A stretch of 64,000 nt of DNA, taken from NCBI GenBank assembly GCA_044347345.1, contig JBIKUX010000015.1:3810-67809 (forward strand), read 5' to 3'. The notes under the pieces are model-generated. The model worked only from the letters and a program-made list of their open reading frames with translations, searched no databases and was not told where the DNA came from. Source of the stretch: Bdellovibrionota bacterium (GTDB lineage Bacteria > Bdellovibrionota_C > UBA2361 > JBIKUX01). Made by a program: the position numbers and the translations under genes. Numbering within the stretch: the first letter of the stretch is position 1; every line of letters begins with the position of its first letter. Below, piece after piece: positions 49,485 to 59,612 of this stretch.

Positions 49485-50686
49485 GTAAATTTGAATTATC
49501 ATCGTTTGAAGAGGTTCTTAATGCCTTTTCTGAAGGACGACCGATTGTGATGGTCGATGAATCTACTAGAGAAAATGAGGGTGATTTAGTTGTTGCTTCA
49601 GAGCATATCAGAGCAGATCAGATAGCTTTTATGATTCGCCATTGTCGAGGTCTTCCGTGTATCACAATTTCAGGTGAAGTTGCTCGCACAAAAGTATTGC
49701 CCTATCAGGTATGTGATAATAGGTCAGCATTTCAAACGCCATTCGCTGTTAGTATTGATCACGTATCTGTCGGTGAATTTGGTGGGTCAGCTTCCGGTAG
49801 AGCTACTACAATTAGACGACTTGTATCATCTGATTCTCAAGCTAAGGAATTTATTACTCCGGGTAATGTCTTTCCACTTGTTGCTCATCCAAGAGGTGTT
49901 TTTGGCCGTCGAGGTCAAACTGAGGGTTCATTTGACCTTGCTCGACTGGCTGGTGGAGTAGCTTCTGCCGTGATTTGTGAGATCCTAGATGAAAATGGTT
50001 GTGTAAGGAGAGGAGAGGATTTGTGGCGCTTTTGTCGAGACTATGATCTTCCGATAACTTCTGTTGTATCTGTTCTGCAAGAGAGGAATAAGCGGGAGCC
50101 TTGGGTTCATATTACTGCGTCTGCTGAAGTTGTCTCTGACTATGGTATTTTTAGGACAGAAGTAGTTGAAGATGAGGCATCTAACAAAGAGCATCTGGTT
50201 TTGACACATGGTGCTCCTTCAGATAAGCACACATATCCTTTAGTGCGAATTCATTCCGAGTGTCTTACCGGTGATCTACTTCAGAGTGAGCGATGTGATT
50301 GTGGCCCCCAGCTTGATCAAGCCATGAAAGCAATTATTAATTCTGGTTATGGAATTGTTATTTATCTTCGACAAGAAGGCAGAGGAATAGGATTATCTAA
50401 TAAACTTAGAGCTTATTCTCTGCAAGATAAAGGATTAGATACTGTTGAAGCTAATGAAGCTTTGGGTTTTGCCGCTGATCAGAGAGATTTTTCTGTAGCA
50501 ACCTCCATTCTCAAAGCAAAAGGTCATTTACATATAAATCTTCTCACAAACAATCCAAATAAAGTTAGTACTCTTACCGCAGGCGGTATTAAGGTGGTTG
50601 AAAGAATACCTTTGATAATTCAGCCAACCACTCATTCAAAAAATTATTTATTAACAAAGCGCGAAAAATTAGGGCATTTTTTGTAG
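49481..50686 (+). CDS. ribBA: Bifunctional 3,4-dihydroxy-2-butanone-4-phosphate synthase / GTP cyclohydrolase II.
   Basis: MVDESTRENEGDLV (DHBP synthase). RIHSECLTGDLLQSERCDCG (GTP cyclohydrolase II zinc site). Confidence 0.9.
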   Translation: MSKFELSSFEEVLNAFSEGRPIVMVDESTRENEGDLVVASEHIRADQIAFMIRHCRGLPCITISGEVARTKVLPYQVCDNRSAFQTPFAVSIDHVSVGEFGGSASGRATTIRRLVSSDSQAKEFITPGNVFPLVAHPRGVFGRRGQTEGSFDLARLAGGVASAVICEILDENGCVRRGEDLWRFCRDYDLPITSVVSVLQERNKREPWVHITASAEVVSDYGIFRTEVVEDEASNKEHLVLTHGAPSDKHTYPLVRIHSECLTGDLLQSERCDCGPQLDQAMKAIINSGYGIVIYLRQEGRGIGLSNKLRAYSLQDKGLDTVEANEALGFAADQRDFSVATSILKAKGHLHINLLTNNPNKVSTLTAGGIKVVERIPLIIQPTTHSKNYLLTKREKLGHFL

Positions 50687-51163
50687 GTGATTATGAAAGT
50701 AATTTCTGGGACTTTTTTAGGTAGTGGTATGCGTATAGCTGTAGTTGCCGCGCGTTTCAATGAGTTTTTGGTATCTCACTTAATAACCGGTGCGACCAGT
50801 TCGCTTAAGCAGCTTGGCGTAGCTGAAAGTGACATTTTGATAGTGCGTGTTCCAGGTAGTTTTGAGCTTCCATTAATCTGTCAGACGCTCGCTTTGAGTA
50901 AGCAATATGATGCTATTGTGGCCTTGGGCGTGATTGTTCGTGGAGCTACAAATCATTTTGATCTTGTATGCAACGAGGCCGCTAAAGGTATAGCTTCTGT
51001 TAGCAGAGAGCTAAATATACCAGTAATATTTGGGGTAGTAACGGCAGATTCTTTAGAACAAGCGATGGAAAGGTGTGGAACCAAAGCTGGTAATAAGGGG
51101 TCTGATGCTGCGGTGGCGGCCGTTGAAATGGTTTCGCTTATGCGAACTCTTTGTGGTTCTTAA
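50687..51163 (+). CDS. ribH: 6,7-dimethyl-8-ribityllumazine synthase.
   Basis: MRIAVVAARFNEFL ... typical RibH. Confidence 0.9.
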   Translation: MIMKVISGTFLGSGMRIAVVAARFNEFLVSHLITGATSSLKQLGVAESDILIVRVPGSFELPLICQTLALSKQYDAIVALGVIVRGATNHFDLVCNEAAKGIASVSRELNIPVIFGVVTADSLEQAMERCGTKAGNKGSDAAVAAVEMVSLMRTLCGS

Positions 51164-51225
51164 AAAGTGATAATTTAATATAATAGGTAGTAGTCATTTT
51201 TATGGTGCTAAACTAACATACCGAT

Positions 51226-52158
51226 ATGTTAAGTTTATCACTTCGTACACCTTTAATTTTCTCCTCTGCATTTGAAAAAATACTAAAGTGTAAGGTTTGG
51301 CTGAAGATGGAGTGTTATCAGCCTACCGGTTCATTTAAGGCCAGAGGTATTGGTCATTTAGCACAGTATGAAGTTCATAGCGGAAAAAAGCGATTAGTAG
51401 CCTCATCTGGAGGTAATGCTGGTTTAGCTGTGGCTTACGCTGCTCATTGTCTTGGTGTATCAGCCAGCGTGGTTGTACCTGAAGCTACAGGAGTACGAGC
51501 AAGAGAACTCATGACAGCTTTTAATGCTGAGGTGCTTGTTCATGGAGCAAGTTGGCAAGAAGCGCATGAGTATGCTCAAACACTTCTTGATGCTGATTCT
51601 GCTTACATTCATCCCTTCGATCATCCGCTAATCTGGGCAGGACATGCACGGATGGTTGAGGAAATAGCTGAGGATCTTTCTTCAGTTCCTTCAGCTTTTG
51701 TTCTTTCAGTAGGCGGAGGGGGACTTCTTAGCGGAGTATGTGAAGGAATGGCAAGAGTAGGTTGGAATGATATTCCTATTTTAGCTATTGAAACAGAGGG
51801 TGCTGCATCTTTTGCCGCCGCTCGCGAAGCTGGAAAATTAGTAATGCTTGACAAAATTACATCAGTGGCCACTACTCTCGGAGCCAAGAGAGTAGCATTA
51901 TCTGCACTTGAATGGACAAAGAAGCATCCTATTGAGAATATTACCGTTTCAGATTGTCATGCAGTTGAAAGTTGTTACCGGTTTCTTGATGATCATCGGG
52001 TATTAGTAGAACCAGCATGTGGGGCTGCGCTATCTCCACTATATGACAGCCATAAATTTTTCTCTCAATGTGAGCAAGTTGTAGTAATTGTTTGTGGAGG
52101 TGCTGGTATCACTCTTGATGCTCTTCATAATTATAGACATCAGTGTGGATATATATAA
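51226..52158 (+). CDS. PLP-dependent fold-type II enzyme of the serine/threonine dehydratase family.
   Basis: ECYQPTGSFKARG PLP-Lys motif. ASSGGNAGLAVAYAA glycine-rich loop. 310 aa. Confidence 0.6.
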   Translation: MLSLSLRTPLIFSSAFEKILKCKVWLKMECYQPTGSFKARGIGHLAQYEVHSGKKRLVASSGGNAGLAVAYAAHCLGVSASVVVPEATGVRARELMTAFNAEVLVHGASWQEAHEYAQTLLDADSAYIHPFDHPLIWAGHARMVEEIAEDLSSVPSAFVLSVGGGGLLSGVCEGMARVGWNDIPILAIETEGAASFAAAREAGKLVMLDKITSVATTLGAKRVALSALEWTKKHPIENITVSDCHAVESCYRFLDDHRVLVEPACGAALSPLYDSHKFFSQCEQVVVIVCGGAGITLDALHNYRHQCGYI

Positions 52159-52216
52159 CTTTTAGCTTAGCTGTCGTTTTGCTGAATTAATCGGAATTTT
52201 TTATTTGTTCAAGAAG

Positions 52217-53572
52217 CTATTCTTGTGGAATCTTTTTGCCATGAGGGTCAGATACACTTTGCCCTCCTTCTTTTTCAAGAAGATTAACCATATCTTTTGC
52301 TGTAAAGTGTTCAAGTCGTTCGGCGACTGAATGGACGTGATCTGGTCTAATTCCAACAAGTTGATATAAGTACACTTCCCATAGACGATGAGATCTGACA
52401 ACGGCACGACCTTTGGTCGCTCCCTTAGGAGTCAGAGAGATAACTTGATTCTGATCTTTTCGGATATTACCGTTTTTTTTGAGCATTCGTAATGCACGCC
52501 ACCCGATAAAATTATTAGCTGATAAATGACGTAATCGAGCCTCTGTTATAGGAGATGGGGCAAGAGAAAATGAAGTTGATTCAGCGCTCTCTTGAGCACG
52601 TACTAAAGCTCCTAGCATATCCTCTGCGGTGATTTGTACAGCAAGTTTATGTTGACGTAGCCTTCGTCCTATAATGCCGTAACGAGGAGCTAGTAGAATT
52701 GTTAAAGATAAAGTACAACCAGAAACAACAGTCATCATTCCTGCAGCACTAACTGTGGTATTATAGCCTAAAATTTTTATACCTTGAGTAGCAACTAAGT
52801 AACCTATTATACAATTTAAGAAAGCAACAACACCGCTGATAATAAGTTGATTAGTGAGTTTATCTGTTAAGAGCCTGCCGGTTGCCGCCGGACAAATGAG
52901 CATGGAAATCACTAGAATTGAGCCTACAGCTTTGAATGAAATAACTACCGCGATAGCTACAAAAAACCCCAATCCATAATGAATAATAGAGCTTGAATAA
53001 CCCAAAGAATTTCCAAGGGATGGATCAAATGTGGCAATTAGAAGTTCTTTATAGAAGAGGTAAATTGTTAAGATAGTTAAAATTAGAACTACAAAACTTG
53101 TAAGAACTTCTTCAGGAAGAGCTGAAAAAGTATGCAATGAAAAAAGTTGTTCAGGCGGTATCCAAAAAAGAGCTTCTAATTGACCATAAAGTACGCAGTT
53201 TGCATCGAGATCAATTGAGCGAGCTCCGGTTTTTTCGATAAGAATGACGCCTAAAGCAAAAAAAGTAGAGAATACTACTCCCAAAGCAGTGTCGGGATGA
53301 AGACGACCCCATTGCTTGAGAAAATCGACTAAAAGCATGGAAAGAATACCTGCAACGCTTGCTCCAAGTAGCATTACATAGGTGTCTCTGCTCTCAAACA
53401 ATAAAAAAGCTACCACGATACCTGGTAGAACAGAGTGCGAAATTGAGTCACCAAGAAGGCTCTGACGTCTTAAAATAAGATAATTTCCAAGTAGAGCACA
53501 TATAATACTACTCGAAAGAGCTGTTAACAGTGGTGGAATATCTAGTGCGATTATATCGTCGACACTTATCAT
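52217..53572 (-). CDS. Metal (Mn/Zn/Fe) ABC transporter permease of the ABC-3/ZnuB family, fused at its C-terminus to a complete DtxR/MntR-family repressor domain (YtgC-YtgR-like architecture).
   Basis: N-terminal roughly 290 aa is a polytopic ABC-3 permease. The C-terminal roughly 150 aa reads ISLTPKGATKGRAVVRSHRLWEVYLYQLVGIRPDHVHSVAERLEHFTAKDMVNLLEK ... GKKIP. This aligns with DtxR helix-turn-helix and metal-site helices ([23 protein letters not shown] ... VHDEACRWEH). Confidence 0.7.
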   Translation of the reverse strand: MISVDDIIALDIPPLLTALSSSIICALLGNYLILRRQSLLGDSISHSVLPGIVVAFLLFESRDTYVMLLGASVAGILSMLLVDFLKQWGRLHPDTALGVVFSTFFALGVILIEKTGARSIDLDANCVLYGQLEALFWIPPEQLFSLHTFSALPEEVLTSFVVLILTILTIYLFYKELLIATFDPSLGNSLGYSSSIIHYGLGFFVAIAVVISFKAVGSILVISMLICPAATGRLLTDKLTNQLIISGVVAFLNCIIGYLVATQGIKILGYNTTVSAAGMMTVVSGCTLSLTILLAPRYGIIGRRLRQHKLAVQITAEDMLGALVRAQESAESTSFSLAPSPITEARLRHLSANNFIGWRALRMLKKNGNIRKDQNQVISLTPKGATKGRAVVRSHRLWEVYLYQLVGIRPDHVHSVAERLEHFTAKDMVNLLEKEGGQSVSDPHGKKIPQE

Positions 53573-53596
53573 AAATTTGATTGAATAACTTGATAA

Positions 53597-54502
53597 TTAA
53601 TTTTTAGTCCAACTCTTGGCGATAATACCGCGCTTAGGAGAGAACATTAAACTAAAGAAAAATATGAAGCTTGCACATATAACTATAACAGCACCCGTAG
53701 GCATATTTGGAATTAAAGCAGATGTGCTTGCTCCAATGTATGCACTTATTCCACCTATGCTGCCACTAATAAAAGTCAACTTAAGCAGGTTATCTGTCCA
53801 GAATCTAGCACCAGCAGGTGGTATAATTAGCAGGGCTACGATCATAAGAAGACCTACGACTTGTAGTCCAATAACAGTAACTAGTACAAGTAAAAATAAC
53901 ATGATTGAATCAATTAAAGTTACCGACCAACCAAGAGATAGGGTATAATCACTGTCAAAACAGACACATCTAAACTCTTTTAGAAAGAGAAAAGTTATTA
54001 TTATTGAAAGCACGGCAACACAAGCTACTAAAGTTGCATCAGATGCAGTCATTGATGCTGCTTGTCCAAAGATGAAATTTTGTAAGCCACCTTCGTTACC
54101 AGTTTGAGATTGTTGAACTATACTGAGTCCAACGGTGCCAGCACCAAAAAAAACACTTAGTACGATTCCTATAGCTGCATCTTGAGTTAGGCGAGTGTAT
54201 TTACTTATTGCTTGTACTGATAGCATTCCTAGCACTCCGGAACATGTTGCGCCCAGAAGTAATAAGGGTAAAGAGCGTTGGTTTATTCCTAAAACAGGAC
54301 CGACAAAAAATGCGCTACATAAGCCTGGTAGTGTACTATGAGCTAAAGCATCGCCGATGAGAGCCCTTTTTCGTAGTACTGTAAATGTACCTACTATACT
54401 CGCTCCAATACCGAGACAAATAGTGCCAATTAAAACTATATTAGTATTGTATCCGCTGTTAAAGCAGAGAATGCGCAGAAATTCGCTTAATGAGTTACTC
54501 AT
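53597..54502 (-). CDS. Metal ABC transporter permease (ABC-3 family).
   Basis: 301-aa polytopic membrane protein, paralogous to the N-terminal part of the neighbouring fusion gene. Confidence 0.8.
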   Translation of the reverse strand: MSNSLSEFLRILCFNSGYNTNIVLIGTICLGIGASIVGTFTVLRKRALIGDALAHSTLPGLCSAFFVGPVLGINQRSLPLLLLGATCSGVLGMLSVQAISKYTRLTQDAAIGIVLSVFFGAGTVGLSIVQQSQTGNEGGLQNFIFGQAASMTASDATLVACVAVLSIIITFLFLKEFRCVCFDSDYTLSLGWSVTLIDSIMLFLLVLVTVIGLQVVGLLMIVALLIIPPAGARFWTDNLLKLTFISGSIGGISAYIGASTSALIPNMPTGAVIVICASFIFFFSLMFSPKRGIIAKSWTKN

Positions 54503-54513
54503 AGCTTGTTTTG

Positions 54514-55401
54514 CTACTTGCTTGTTTCTTCGCCTCGACGTGCACGTCCCATTGATTCTGTAGCTTTGGATAGAAGGGTAAGCTTGCCACCGTAAGTTCG
54601 TTTAAGGTTATCCGGTGTAAAAGTTTTTTCTACTGAACCTGCTGCCACAACATGAGAGTTTAAGAGTAAAACGTGATCAAAGTATTCAGGTACTGTCGTA
54701 ATATCATGATGCACACATATTACAGTAGTGCCATTAGAGCGCATTTTACGAAGAATTTCTATGATAGTTTGCTCAGTGCTTGCATCAATTCCTGCAAAAG
54801 GTTCATCCATAAAGTAGAGTTTTGCTTCTTGGGCAAGAGCTCTAGCAATAAATATTCTCTGCTGTTGTCCTCCTGATAGTTGATTAATTTGACGGTCTGC
54901 TAACTCTGATAATCCAACTTGATTTAGGAACTCGCGAGCCCGTTCGATATGGCCTCGTCCTACTCTGTGACACCACCCAACTTTGCCGTATCTTCCCATT
55001 GTAACAACCTCAAGAGCTGAAATTGGAAAATCCCAGTCTACGGATTCACGTTGCGGCACATATCCAACTGCATCTCGCACTACTTTGAGTGGCTTGCCCC
55101 AAAACTCAATTGTACCAATTACATTAGGGATAAGACCTAAGCAGGCTTTTATAAATGTCGATTTACCAGCACCGTTTGGACCTACTACTGCTATTAGTGC
55201 AGGAGATGATGGCGCATCATAGTCTATATCCCATAATACCGGAGTACTTTGGTATGCTACTGAAAGAGAGTGCACAGATAGAGGGCTGGTAATAGAATGT
55301 TCTGGATGATTTAAAAGACTAGAAGTTTGATTGATAGAGGAAAAAACCTTAGTGCTATTAGAAAAAATTTGGGTAATGGTAGAAAAAAAAGGAATGCTCA
55401 T
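54514..55401 (-). CDS. Metal ABC transporter ATP-binding protein.
   Basis: Walker [10 protein letters not shown], signature LSGGQQQR, Walker B LYFMDEP. Confidence 0.85.
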   Translation of the reverse strand: MSIPFFSTITQIFSNSTKVFSSINQTSSLLNHPEHSITSPLSVHSLSVAYQSTPVLWDIDYDAPSSPALIAVVGPNGAGKSTFIKACLGLIPNVIGTIEFWGKPLKVVRDAVGYVPQRESVDWDFPISALEVVTMGRYGKVGWCHRVGRGHIERAREFLNQVGLSELADRQINQLSGGQQQRIFIARALAQEAKLYFMDEPFAGIDASTEQTIIEILRKMRSNGTTVICVHHDITTVPEYFDHVLLLNSHVVAAGSVEKTFTPDNLKRTYGGKLTLLSKATESMGRARRGEETSK

Positions 55402-55502
55402 TAAATCTATGATTTAAAAAATATCGGTGCCAGCGAGATTATCTGAGTACATTGTTCACTAGTTCAAAAAGTTTCTTCTTACTTAATTAATCTTTAATGG
55501 CA

Positions 55503-56510
55503 TTATTCGACACTTATTAATCCTTGCCAACCTTTTTTAGGAGCTTCGCCACCGAGAGAACGACTAATAGTGGTGATATTATGGTCAAGCATACCTAAAT
55601 AAGTTCCTTCGTATGTTCCAGGGGGACCCATAGCGTCCGAGTATAAATTACCACCGATTTTTAATGGATGGTTGAGCTTCGATGCTCCCTCAATGAGCGC
55701 ATTTATGTTGCGCTGAGATATCGTTGATTCTACGAAAACAGCTTTTACGTTGCGATTAACACTTTCCTTTACCAAGCCTTCTATGTCTCGTACTGATGCC
55801 TCTGATTCTGTGCTTATTCCTTGTAAGCTTCGCACTTCAAGCCCGTATCTCCTGGCAAAATAATGAAATGCGTCATGTGCGGTGATTAGAATTTTTGAAG
55901 TTTTAGGGATAGAGCTAAGAGCTTTTTTAGCATACTGGTCAAGTGAGCTGAGTTTTTTCTGATATTCTGCAGAATTTTCTCGTATCTCTTTTGCATAAGA
56001 GGGGTATAACCTGACGATTTCAATCGTCAGATTTTCAACAACCTCTGACCATAATACTGGATCCATCCAAATATGGGGGTCGTAGTGGCCAGAGGAAGCG
56101 ATTCCCTCCGGAGTCAGCAATTTAGACTTATCAATAAGTGAGCCAGCAAAAATTATGCGAGGACTTTTAAAGTTTTGTCTTGATGAAGCGTTGGAAATTC
56201 TAGTTAAAGCTTCAGTCATTCTACCCTCAAGTAGCAGACCATTTGCAATTATGAGAGACGCATTATAGAGAAGTGCGATATCGGACCTCGTTGGCTGATA
56301 TAAGTGAGGGTCTACTCCCACTCCCATGATACTAGTAACATTAGCGTAGCCTTTAAAAATCTGTTTAGTAGCGTCGGCAAGCATACCTGTGGTGGTGGTT
56401 ACATAGATTGTTGCCTGTTCTGCTGTCGAAACTTTGCATACAACAGCATTTATTATTAAGCTAATGCTAAAAAAAGAAAAAAAGTACAATATAGATTTGA
56501 TTTTTTTCAT
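55503..56510 (-). CDS. Metal ABC transporter substrate-binding protein (cluster A-I; ZnuA/MntC/TroA family). The MKKIKS start at 56510 is preferred over the extended track ORF ending at 56639.
   Basis: Signal peptide MKKIKSILYFFSFFSISLIINA. ITAHDAFHYFARRYGLEV motif of TroA-like solute-binding proteins. Confidence 0.8.
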   Translation of the reverse strand: MKKIKSILYFFSFFSISLIINAVVCKVSTAEQATIYVTTTTGMLADATKQIFKGYANVTSIMGVGVDPHLYQPTRSDIALLYNASLIIANGLLLEGRMTEALTRISNASSRQNFKSPRIIFAGSLIDKSKLLTPEGIASSGHYDPHIWMDPVLWSEVVENLTIEIVRLYPSYAKEIRENSAEYQKKLSSLDQYAKKALSSIPKTSKILITAHDAFHYFARRYGLEVRSLQGISTESEASVRDIEGLVKESVNRNVKAVFVESTISQRNINALIEGASKLNHPLKIGGNLYSDAMGPPGTYEGTYLGMLDHNITTISRSLGGEAPKKGWQGLISVE

Positions 56511-56558
56511 TGTTTTCAGTATACACACAAACAGTAGCATAAGATACAACTTTTTAAG

Positions 56559-56574
56559 ACCTTTTTTAAAAGGT
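56559..56574. promoter_or_regulatory. Inverted repeat ACCTTTT-TT-AAAAGGT in the divergent promoter region between the transporter operon and mntR. Candidate operator for a metal-dependent repressor.
   Basis: Read from the sequence. Lies between the divergently transcribed metal-uptake operon and the regulator gene. Confidence 0.25.
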
Positions 56575-56614
56575 ATATTTTTATGATAGCAGAAATTAAG
56601 TAGGAATAAGTTAC

Positions 56615-57076
56615 ATGGCAAGACAGCGAAAAGCAGCATTTATAGCTGCAAGAAAACAGAGAACATCAGAAGCCGCTGAAGATTACACTGAGTTGGTGGC
56701 TGATTTAATCGCCGAGCAGGGGCAAGCCAGAACCTGCACGATAGCTGAAGAGTTAGGAGTGTCTCATGTAACTGCTCTTCGTACTATTAGGCGTCTTACT
56801 TCAGAGGGATTTCTTGCTACGTTGCCCCATAAGCCTGTGCACCTCACACCTAAGGGGAAAAGGTTAGCTGTGTTTGCAAAAGAACGACACGAGCTTTTGA
56901 TTGAATTTTTCAAAATAATCGGTGTTTCACAAAAACAAGCCGAGCTTGATGTAGAAGGATTAGAGCATCATGTGAGCCCGGGAAGCATCAAGGCAATTCG
57001 TGCTTTTATGGCATCATACGGAAAGAGCTCACAAAGAAAAACTACTTCTGAGAAAAAGAATGTAGGAAAAAAGTAG
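56615..57076 (+). CDS. mntR: DtxR/MntR-family metal-dependent transcriptional regulator (separate gene, not fused).
   Basis: EDYTELVADLIAEQGQARTCTIAEELGVSHVTALRTIRRL helix-turn-helix region resembling MntR. Divergent from the metal transporter operon. Confidence 0.7.
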   Translation: MARQRKAAFIAARKQRTSEAAEDYTELVADLIAEQGQARTCTIAEELGVSHVTALRTIRRLTSEGFLATLPHKPVHLTPKGKRLAVFAKERHELLIEFFKIIGVSQKQAELDVEGLEHHVSPGSIKAIRAFMASYGKSSQRKTTSEKKNVGKK

Positions 57077-57185
57077 CAAAACAGCTAGAACAGTTAAAAG
57101 ATGAACATAAATTTATTTTAAACAAAAAATTAATTTTTTAAAAAATAAATTTTTAACGGGATGGTTTTTCACGGTTAAATTTATT

Positions 57186-58439
57186 TTACCGAGTCTGACC
57201 ATTTCCTTTAACTATGTACTTATAGCTAGTTAACTCAGAAAGCCCCAACGGACCGCGGGCATGTAATTTTTGAGTACTAATACCTATTTCGGCACCAAAA
57301 CCAAACTCTCCTCCGTCTGTAAATCGTGTAGAAGCATTATGATAAACGACCGCTGAATCAATCAATTTCATAAATAGTTCGGCTCTTGCGCTTGACTCTG
57401 TGATTATGGCCTCAGAGTGTTTTGTTGAATAGTTATTGATATGATTTATTGCTTCTAGGTCACCTTGAACTAATTTTATCGCAACTATTAGGTCAAGAAA
57501 TTCAGTGTTGTAATCTTCATTTGTAGCAAGATCTACGGATGGGAAAAGTTTTTTTGTTTGTTCGCATCCTCGTAAACTGATTCCATTAGCTACTAATTCA
57601 TTTAGCAAACTTAATATATTATCATGTGGCCAAGAATGATGAATAAGTATAGTTTCAATAGCATTGCATACAGAAGGCCTACTTGCTTTGCTATTTATGG
57701 CAATTTTAGTCGCCATATCTAACTTAGCATCCTGTGCTACATAAAGATGGCAATTACCGGATCCTGTTTCAATTAAAGGTACTCTAGAGTTAGCTCTGGC
57801 GTAGTTAATGAAGCTAGCACTTCCTCTTGGTATTAAAATATCAATGATACCGGTAGCTGTGAGCATAGCCTCTACACCAGAACGGTCGATATCATCTAAG
57901 TAAATAAGAGCCTCGGCAGGTATATTGAATTTGGTAAGTACAGGACTTAGCGCGCTAACGATGGCTTTATTGGAGTTTATTGCATCACTACTCCCCCTGA
58001 GAATAAGGCCGTTACCAGTTTTTATTGCGATAGCAATAGAGTCAACTGTTACATTCGGTCTGTTCTCATAAATTATACCTATTACCCCAATAGGTACTGA
58101 TACCTTTGTAATACTCAGTCCATTTGGTCGACTAAAATTAGTAAGAACCTTATTTAATACGTCTGGTAATTCGACTAGGTCTCTAACTGCTTTTGCTGAA
58201 GCTAATATCCTTGTTTCTGTAAAAATTAGCCTATCTAGTATCGCGTTACTGAGCCCTTTTTTTTTAGCTTGAGCTAGATCCTCATTGTTTGCACTGATAA
58301 TTTCAGGCAATGAAGCTTCTAGATTGCTGGCAATATTTAATAATAACTCCGTTCTTATTTTGTGAGACAAAGTAGATAATGAATGAGCTGCAACTTTAAT
58401 TTTCTGGCTATTTTGGTACAAATAATCACTAGGTATCAT
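57186..58439 (-). CDS. proA: Gamma-glutamyl phosphate reductase.
   Basis: NASTRFTDGGEFGFGAEIGISTQKLHARGP C-terminal signature. Overlaps proB by 4 nt. Confidence 0.85.
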   Translation of the reverse strand: MIPSDYLYQNSQKIKVAAHSLSTLSHKIRTELLLNIASNLEASLPEIISANNEDLAQAKKKGLSNAILDRLIFTETRILASAKAVRDLVELPDVLNKVLTNFSRPNGLSITKVSVPIGVIGIIYENRPNVTVDSIAIAIKTGNGLILRGSSDAINSNKAIVSALSPVLTKFNIPAEALIYLDDIDRSGVEAMLTATGIIDILIPRGSASFINYARANSRVPLIETGSGNCHLYVAQDAKLDMATKIAINSKASRPSVCNAIETILIHHSWPHDNILSLLNELVANGISLRGCEQTKKLFPSVDLATNEDYNTEFLDLIVAIKLVQGDLEAINHINNYSTKHSEAIITESSARAELFMKLIDSAVVYHNASTRFTDGGEFGFGAEIGISTQKLHARGPLGLSELTSYKYIVKGNGQTR

Positions 58440-59584
58440 ACAAACATTATTAGATTATTACGGTGAATGATCTCATCTTTTTCTACTTTAAGTGTCTCCC
58501 TCGCATATGATGTCGGTTTACCGAGCGCTGAAGTGATCTGTGCCGAAGTATAATTACTGATACCCTTGGCTATAACTCTTCCCTCAGTGTCGGTAACTGT
58601 AATAACTCCTCCGGCTGCAAAATGACCCTGTACACCTATTACTCCGGCAGGAAGTAAGCTGCGACTATGTTCGATTAAGGCTATCATTGCTCCATTGTCG
58701 ATACTAACTGATCCAAGTACCGGAGAGTGAAAAGCAATCCACTGATATTTTCTGTTTCTTCTGCTCTCTTGAAGTGCCCCGATATATGTGCCGGTACCAT
58801 CTCCGTTTATAATTGTAATAATGGAGGAGGTTGCCTCAAAAGAACCGATATAACTTCTAACACCAAGTATTAGAGCTTGGTCGGCAGCTTTAAGTTTTGC
58901 TGACATTCCACCAGTCCCGGCTCTACTAATTCCTTCTCCTCTAGCACCATTATAAATAGAATTATTGATTTCAGAGATGGACGAGAGTTTTTGTGCAGAA
59001 GGGTTGGTGTGTGGATTATCGGTATAAACTCCGTCGGTATCGGTAAATATGACTAGGAGATCTGCATGGAGTAGCGACGCAAGCAGCGCGCTAAGCATAT
59101 CATTGTCACCAAAAGAGTCAGTATGTAGCGATACTGAATCGTTCTCATTAATTATTGGTAAAACTCCTTGAGATAGAAGTGTTTCGATTGTTTCACGCAC
59201 CGAATCATAAGCAGTCCGAAGGGCAAAATCTCGTCTTGTCAATAAAATTTGTCCTACGCCAATATTAAAGTTGGCGCAAGCCTTAGCATATTCTTGCATG
59301 AGGCGCATTTGTCCCACTGACGCTGCTGCTCGGCGAAGCGGTTGTTGTCGAACCGGCAAGGGAAGTCCTAGGCTGGGAGCGCCAGAGGCTACGGCTCCGG
59401 AGGTTACCAGAACTACCTGAATGCCAGCTGAGTGTGATTCAGCTAATAGTTTAGCAACACGCTCTACTTGATCAGTTCTGAGGCCACATTCAACCGAAGT
59501 AAGTGAGCTACTACCCACTTTTACAACTATCCTGCTACCCTCAAGCCTTTTTTTTGCTTCTAGTTTTTCAGTTTCTAATCGCAC
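58436..59584 (-). CDS. proB: Glutamate 5-kinase with a C-terminal PUA domain.
   Basis: RIVVKVGSSSLT amino-acid kinase N-terminus. PUA domain at the C-terminus. Confidence 0.85.
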   Translation of the reverse strand: MRLETEKLEAKKRLEGSRIVVKVGSSSLTSVECGLRTDQVERVAKLLAESHSAGIQVVLVTSGAVASGAPSLGLPLPVRQQPLRRAAASVGQMRLMQEYAKACANFNIGVGQILLTRRDFALRTAYDSVRETIETLLSQGVLPIINENDSVSLHTDSFGDNDMLSALLASLLHADLLVIFTDTDGVYTDNPHTNPSAQKLSSISEINNSIYNGARGEGISRAGTGGMSAKLKAADQALILGVRSYIGSFEATSSIITIINGDGTGTYIGALQESRRNRKYQWIAFHSPVLGSVSIDNGAMIALIEHSRSLLPAGVIGVQGHFAAGGVITVTDTEGRVIAKGISNYTSAQITSALGKPTSYARETLKVEKDEIIHRNNLIMFV

Positions 59585-59612
59585 AAATTTTTACAAAAAA
59601 TGTAAATGTTCA

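Noticed and set aside
56511-56639. The N-terminal 43 codons of the substrate-binding protein ORF as annotated by the track (start at 56639)
   Set aside because: The extension overlaps the divergent mntR start and has no signal peptide. The MKKIKS Met at 56510 begins a canonical signal peptide, so the shorter gene is preferred.
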